A DNA stretch of 42,950 nt from Octopus bimaculoides (Eukaryota). Below, piece by piece: positions 37,628-42,950 of the stretch; within the stretch, counting starts at the first letter, position 1; each line of letters opens with the position of its first letter. The notes beneath the pieces are model-generated. The model did no database searches and was not told where the DNA came from. It was given only the letters and a program-made list of their open reading frames with translations. The stretch spans positions 16,471,169 through 16,514,118 of the forward strand of contig NC_069001.1 in the NCBI RefSeq assembly GCF_001194135.2, read 5' to 3'. The position numbers and the translations under genes are program-made.

Positions 37628-37798
37628 GTAAAAGCATCATTTGACTTTGATCCGCAATACCCTGAAGAGTTGCAGCTACAGAAAGGGGAGATAATCACAG
37701 TTCTAGAAAAGAAAGATGAAAATTGGTGGAGAGGAGAGAACACTCGCGGAGTGCAAGGACTGTTTCCAGCCACATACGTTTGTGAAATACAGCAGTGA
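37628..37798 (+). CDS. GRB2: GRB2-like last coding exon: C-terminal SH3
   Basis: Acceptor ttttgttcttgttgcag|. Translation VKASFDFDPQYPEELQLQKGEIITVLEKKDENWWRGENTRGVQGLFPATYVCEIQQ* with SH3 motifs (xFDF, WW, GLFPATYV). Ends in TGA. Confidence 0.95.
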   Translation, partial: VKASFDFDPQYPEELQLQKGEIITVLEKKDENWWRGENTRGVQGLFPATYVCEIQQ

Positions 37799-38087
37799 GG
37801 TCTCTCGCTTGAATTGGCAACTGTTGTCAGAAGGCAAAAAAAAAAAAAAAATTATATTAAAAAAAGTGAAACCAAAACCACAGCAACAATTAAAAAAGAT
37901 TTTAAAAAAAAGCAATCCCTGCCAATGCCACCACTACCACCACCACCATCTGTCCTTCATAAACACATTTCACTGACTGACTGACTGTCAGTATGTCTGT
38001 TTGTGTATCCAAGACTTTCTGTTGATGAGGAGACTACAGAAAACTGGGAGAAGAAGCAGTCACTTTTATATATATGTTCTCCTATTC

Positions 38088-38093
38088 AATAAA
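38088..38093 (+). promoter_or_regulatory. Candidate polyadenylation signal for the GRB2-like gene
   Basis: First AATAAA I noticed after the stop codon, about 290 nt downstream, in TE-poor sequence. AATAAA is common in AT-rich DNA. Confidence 0.3.
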
Positions 38094-38756
38094 GTGGGGA
38101 GGTAAATGAAGGAGCACAAGAGATAAAGCCAAACTCATTTCAAGACAAACATCTTTGACAAACCCACCGCATTTGCTCTCGAAACAGAATCACAGTTTCA
38201 CAGTTGTACCTAAACGCACACACACACACACACACACACACGCAGGCGCATATGGGTGTGTGTTCATATATATATTGTGTGTGTATGTGTATCTATATAT
38301 ATATATATGTGTGTGTGTATAAAGAAAACTGAAAGGAAAAGATGCCCTACACACACAGCAACAGTCTATACTTCTACTGCTACAACACAGATCCCTTGCG
38401 AACGGCAAAAACTGAAGGCCCAATCATCTCACTGGTTTGTTGGGGGCGGATGAGGATTGAAACATCTTCCTATCCCCTCCCTCCCCCGACCTGCTTCTGA
38501 TTGACCCCCACTATTGTATAATATCTCACTTTACCTCCCACCTATCACTCCCACCTCACTCCACACTTCAATCGCATTTTTTAATATTTGGGAGACAATG
38601 TTTTTCTTTTCTCTTTTCAGACGAAATTTGCTTTATCTTAGTTTGTGTGTGTGTGCGCGCATGGATATGTATGTACATACGGATATATTTGACAGCTTCA
38701 GGGTTGAATATATTTTGTAATTATTTTTATCTTTAATTATCATTACTGTCAGAAAC

Positions 38757-38795
<39 letters not shown>

Positions 38796-39395
38796 CATCA
38801 TGATTGAAGGTCAACTTAGCTTTTAACTTTAGGAGCAGGAAGCAGTGTTATTCACCAGGTACAAGTCATGTCCCCAGGGGTCAAATAGACTATACTCTTA
38901 TCTGTGTTTGTGCCTCTGTAACAAATCAGAGGGTAGTGGACTGGCAGAATAGTAAGGGCAATGAACAAAATACTTCAGATTTACTTCCAATCTTCTATAT
39001 TTTCTGGGTTCAAAGTCACCAGTCATGTCTCTCCCTTGTATTTTATCCTTTCTGAGATAAAATAAGTTTCACCCATGTAGTACTGGTGCTTGATGTTATC
39101 ATCTGTTCCTTCTTCCTCTTCCTCCCACAATTTGAGGCCTTGTGATTATTGTTTTTGTTGCCTTCATCTCTGAGAGGGACGGCAGGGCATTGAGCTATTG
39201 ATGAGAGTAGTGCATGTCTATCTTCTCCCTGTACACACAACTTTGTCATTATGCAAGTTACTCTAAACTAATTAAGTCATGTGTAATTAAGAAGTTAATT
39301 GGGGGATGGGGGCATTCTCTTTTTTTGTTTTTCTTAATCTTCTGATTGCATAGAATGGATTCTCTGCACCTCTTCCATCCTCTTATCTGTTTTCT

Positions 39396-39437
<42 letters not shown>

Positions 39438-39818
39438 ATTCAATGTAGAGAGAAGGCCGACCTATGTCAATTAATCCACTTGTTTCATATTCCATCCATT
39501 TGTTTGTGTGAGGGAGATTCTCTCTCCTTTGTCAACCCCTAATCCTATTGACCCTTCATATACCCGCCTCCCACGTTGATGTGGGGACCTAAAATGACAT
39601 TCAGTGAAAAATTGTCTTCCTTCCAAACCCTGGGGTTCATATCCTTGCTGAATTGCTCTGCAATGCAACTGCATATATACACATGCATGCACATGTTGTA
39701 TATACATACATACATACANNNNNNNNNNNNNNNNNNNNNNNNNNNNNNNNNNNNNNNNNNNNNNNNNNNNNNNNNNNNNNNNNNNNNNNNNNNNNNNNNN
39801 NNNNNNNNNNNNNNNNNN

Positions 39819-39861
<43 letters not shown>

Positions 39862-42800
39862 CTTATAGCATATGTTGGATTAGCCTCTTTTGAGAAAGGA
39901 CCATCAGCTCTTCCAAAATGTGATTAGAATCTGCTTTCTAGTTTGGTATTCTTCAGTTTCTGCATGCATACACACACACACGCACAAGTACACAAAACCA
40001 AAAGTGGTGGGGGCCAACAGACATAGCATCATTTAAAAAATACAGCTGATGGCAGTAAACCTTGAACATAAAAGGTCTTGTTGTGTCCCTCTCATCAGCT
40101 GCCCTGTGGCCAATAAAGAAACTATAATTATTATTATCATTATTATTCTTAAAAGCTGTGGAGTGGCCCAGAAATGGTGAAGTTGGTAGGTTAAAATACT
40201 TTGTAGTATTTTAGTTTAAAAAAAACTTTGCTGCCAGGGTCAACCTTGCTTTTCATTCCCTCTAGGGAAGAGATGTGGTGGGGAGAAATGATTGGTTAAA
40301 TAAGTATCGAGTACTGGTGGGAGTGGGTGTTGATCTTATATACAAACCCTCTCTTACCTTTCACTAAACATTTGTGGCTTTTGGCCCAAACCTAGAAAGT
40401 TTTATTACTTTTAAAGCAAAAATAGACAAAATGCCTTGCTGTGCTTAGTTATCCCTTTTTTTTATGTTCTAAGATCAAATCCTGCTGAGATCAATTGCAT
40501 CTTTCATTCTTTTGGGAGGCAGGGGTGTCAAAAAATGTAGTGGTAATCAATTATAATTAATCTTACCATCTAGAATGTGTGGCTTTGCACTTCAGGGGCT
40601 AGCTGGCAGAATCATTAGCATGCTGGAGCAAAATTTCATCCGTCTTCACATACTGAGTTCAAATCCCGCTGAGGTTGAATTTTGCCTTTCATCTTTGTGG
40701 GGTCAGTAACATAAGTATCAGTTGAATACTGGGGTTGATGTAATCAATTTACCCACTTACCTAAAATGACTGGCTTTATGCCAAAATTGGAAACCATTAT
40801 TATTATCATTTTTTGAGCTTTTAGTGTTTGTGGAAAGAAAGGACTTTTCTCCTTTTTGTTCTCTCCATTCCCTTACTTTTTATGCATATGTGATCACATA
40901 GACATGCATATACATTCCCTACACACACTCATACATATATATATACACACACACACACACACTCCCTATGCACATGCCTATACATACACTTCTTGTGCAC
41001 CTACATACACTCTCACTCTACACATACACATACCCAAACATGTATATATATATACTCTCATTGTTTCTTATATTAAGATGCTTCACCTTGTTAGGGACAA
41101 CAACAGACCCTTTGTTCTGAAGACGTGATGGTGTGTTAGACATGGTAATGTCAGACTGAGTAAAGACTTGCCAGTTTTTAGTGATGTCCCTTCACAATTC
41201 TGAGATCAAATCCCACCACAGTTGACTTTGCCTTTCAACCCTTCCAGGTCCAATTCAAAAATAGATAAAAGGTAACCCGCCATGTATCTCTGGGCCCTCA
41301 TTCAGTTCACTTGGCTGTATAACCATCTCCCAGTTCCCCCTACAAACACCACTACTCTGTGGACATTGTGCAACCCTATTGAGAAATTGTTATATTTGTT
41401 GTTGCAGTAGACACAGAGAGGAAATTTAATATGATATAGTGGTTTGTAGGGGATTTTATTTTAGTTTTGCTGCTCCCACTTTTTCTAAACTCAGGTGAAG
41501 TCATTAACACAACAAATATTGCAACTTTTAAGCAAATTAATTCTCCTTTATATGGCATTCTTTTGTTAATCTGTTTTTTAATTATTTTAATTTAAACTTA
41601 GATTAAAATTTTTTTTAGTAATTTTCATTTGCATTTTATTTTTATAATAATTATTATTATTATTATTTTGCCAAGCTTAAATTGCGTTACTAGTATGTTA
41701 AAATGCTGTTAGATTTGTTAAAGTGTTAGCTCTGTGAAATCTGATATATTCAATGTTTGGTTGTTATGCATTCTTGAGAAGAAAAATGTGTTACTTCTCT
41801 GTTTCTCTCCAACACAGCACTCTCTGGACTTTAAAAAAAACGTTTATTCTGCACAAGTCCCATTATCATGGACAACATAAATGTGAGAGTGGATTCACTG
41901 GCAAATTTTTGAGACCTCATTGCTTGGTATTTACCAGTATTGAGGGTATTGGGCTGACTAGCATGTTGTTTTGAAGTTATTTACATTGTCAGGTGGAACA
42001 GGATGGAACAGTCAGTTGGACTAATGTGAGCCGAGGGAAGGTGTTGAACAAAGCTGAACAGTTCTTGAGTGAAGAAGTTTGCTGCTGTTCTGGAAGAAGG
42101 ATCAAATATAATTTTTTGAAATATGTTTTGTAGATAAAATATTAAAAGGAAAAATAAAGAAAAAAAAATTGCAAAAGGAAGTGGTGGTGGAATGAGAGAG
42201 AATCAAAATGAAATGCTGGTTCTTGTCCATATTTAATGATTAACAACAACCTGGCTCTATAAGTCTGGAACTGTTTTGATTTGCATCTAATTAGACTTTC
42301 TCTTCCATTTTATTGTGATCAAATGTTAAAGAAAGAATATGAAAGAAAGAAAAAACAAAACAAACGCAAATAAACTGAAAATGGGGGAGGAGAAAAGGCA
42401 GAGATAAATTGTTGAGGATGAGAAGACTTGAATCCATTTCTTGGGATGACAAAAAATCTGGTTTCATGGCAAAATAGACTCCATGTCAGTTACTGATCGA
42501 TGATTGACCATGCTGTCAGTAACTCATTTATGGCAACATTGATTAATGAGTGACCATGCTGTTTAAAGTATGCTGCTACACAGTTTAACATAAATCTATC
42601 TGAAGCTTTCAGATTTTGGTACAGTCACATGCCACCATATTGACAGAACTCTGTGACTTGATATTACAATAAGATTTAAAGGAAATAACTTGAAAAGACA
42701 AAGAATATTTTGTGGGAGTGAACTGTTACTAACCCCTCCATGTCTCCCTCCCCTTCCCCTGTAAACATACATCCTTAGAGGGTGGGGGAGCTTTTCTCAG

Positions 42801-42950
42801 CTCCCCCTCCCTCTCCTTCCTTTCAACATTCTATCAAAAAGTTTCTCTCAGAAAAAGAAAGCAAAAAAAAAAAATCAGCTTCCCCCCTCCCCGTCCCCCC
42901 ACCACACAATGTCATTTGATTGGTAAAGCACAGCAACAAACAGCTCTGGG

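Noticed and set aside
37662-37684. CTGAAGA...GAAA hammerhead-like core inside the last exon
   Set aside because: No stem II or stem I pairing, and it is fully explained by the codons PEELQLQK.
41879-41905. KCESGFTGK, EGF-like fragment in the + ORF 41753-41974
   Set aside because: It lacks the other EGF cysteines. An overlapping frame (IIMDNINVRV) could equally be a LINE endonuclease relic, so neither is supportable.

Overview
AT-rich, repeat-dense eukaryotic genomic DNA. The SINE, RTE and mariner content, the (TA)/(TG)/(CA) microsatellites and the microsatellite-flanked N gaps suggest a coleoid cephalopod, most likely Octopus (inference). The only gene I can support is a + strand GRB2/Drk/Sem-5-family SH3-SH2-SH3 adaptor. 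Four coding exons (17117-17214, 25800-25946, 26862-27042, 37628-37798) splice in frame through GT-AG junctions to 198 aa plus stop. The expected first coding exon (about 26 codons) is not visible. The protein is divergent: it has an acidic YxxP-bearing insertion in the SH2 domain and a polybasic SH2-SH3 linker. Everything else is intronic or intergenic: decayed RTE, CR1/L2 and Penelope retroelements, two near-full-length mariners, several MITE families, tRNA-derived SINEs and a 5S rRNA fragment. The most notable non-coding items are a hammerhead-ribozyme-like motif inside an inverted repeat (8148-8693), a 5S-SINE junction nested in a hAT MITE, an inverted RTE fragment pair at the window start, a fold-back element, and inverted repeat pairs flanking exons. 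Most entries in the supplied ORF track are artefacts of gaps, microsatellites or TE remnants. Repeat boundaries are approximate.
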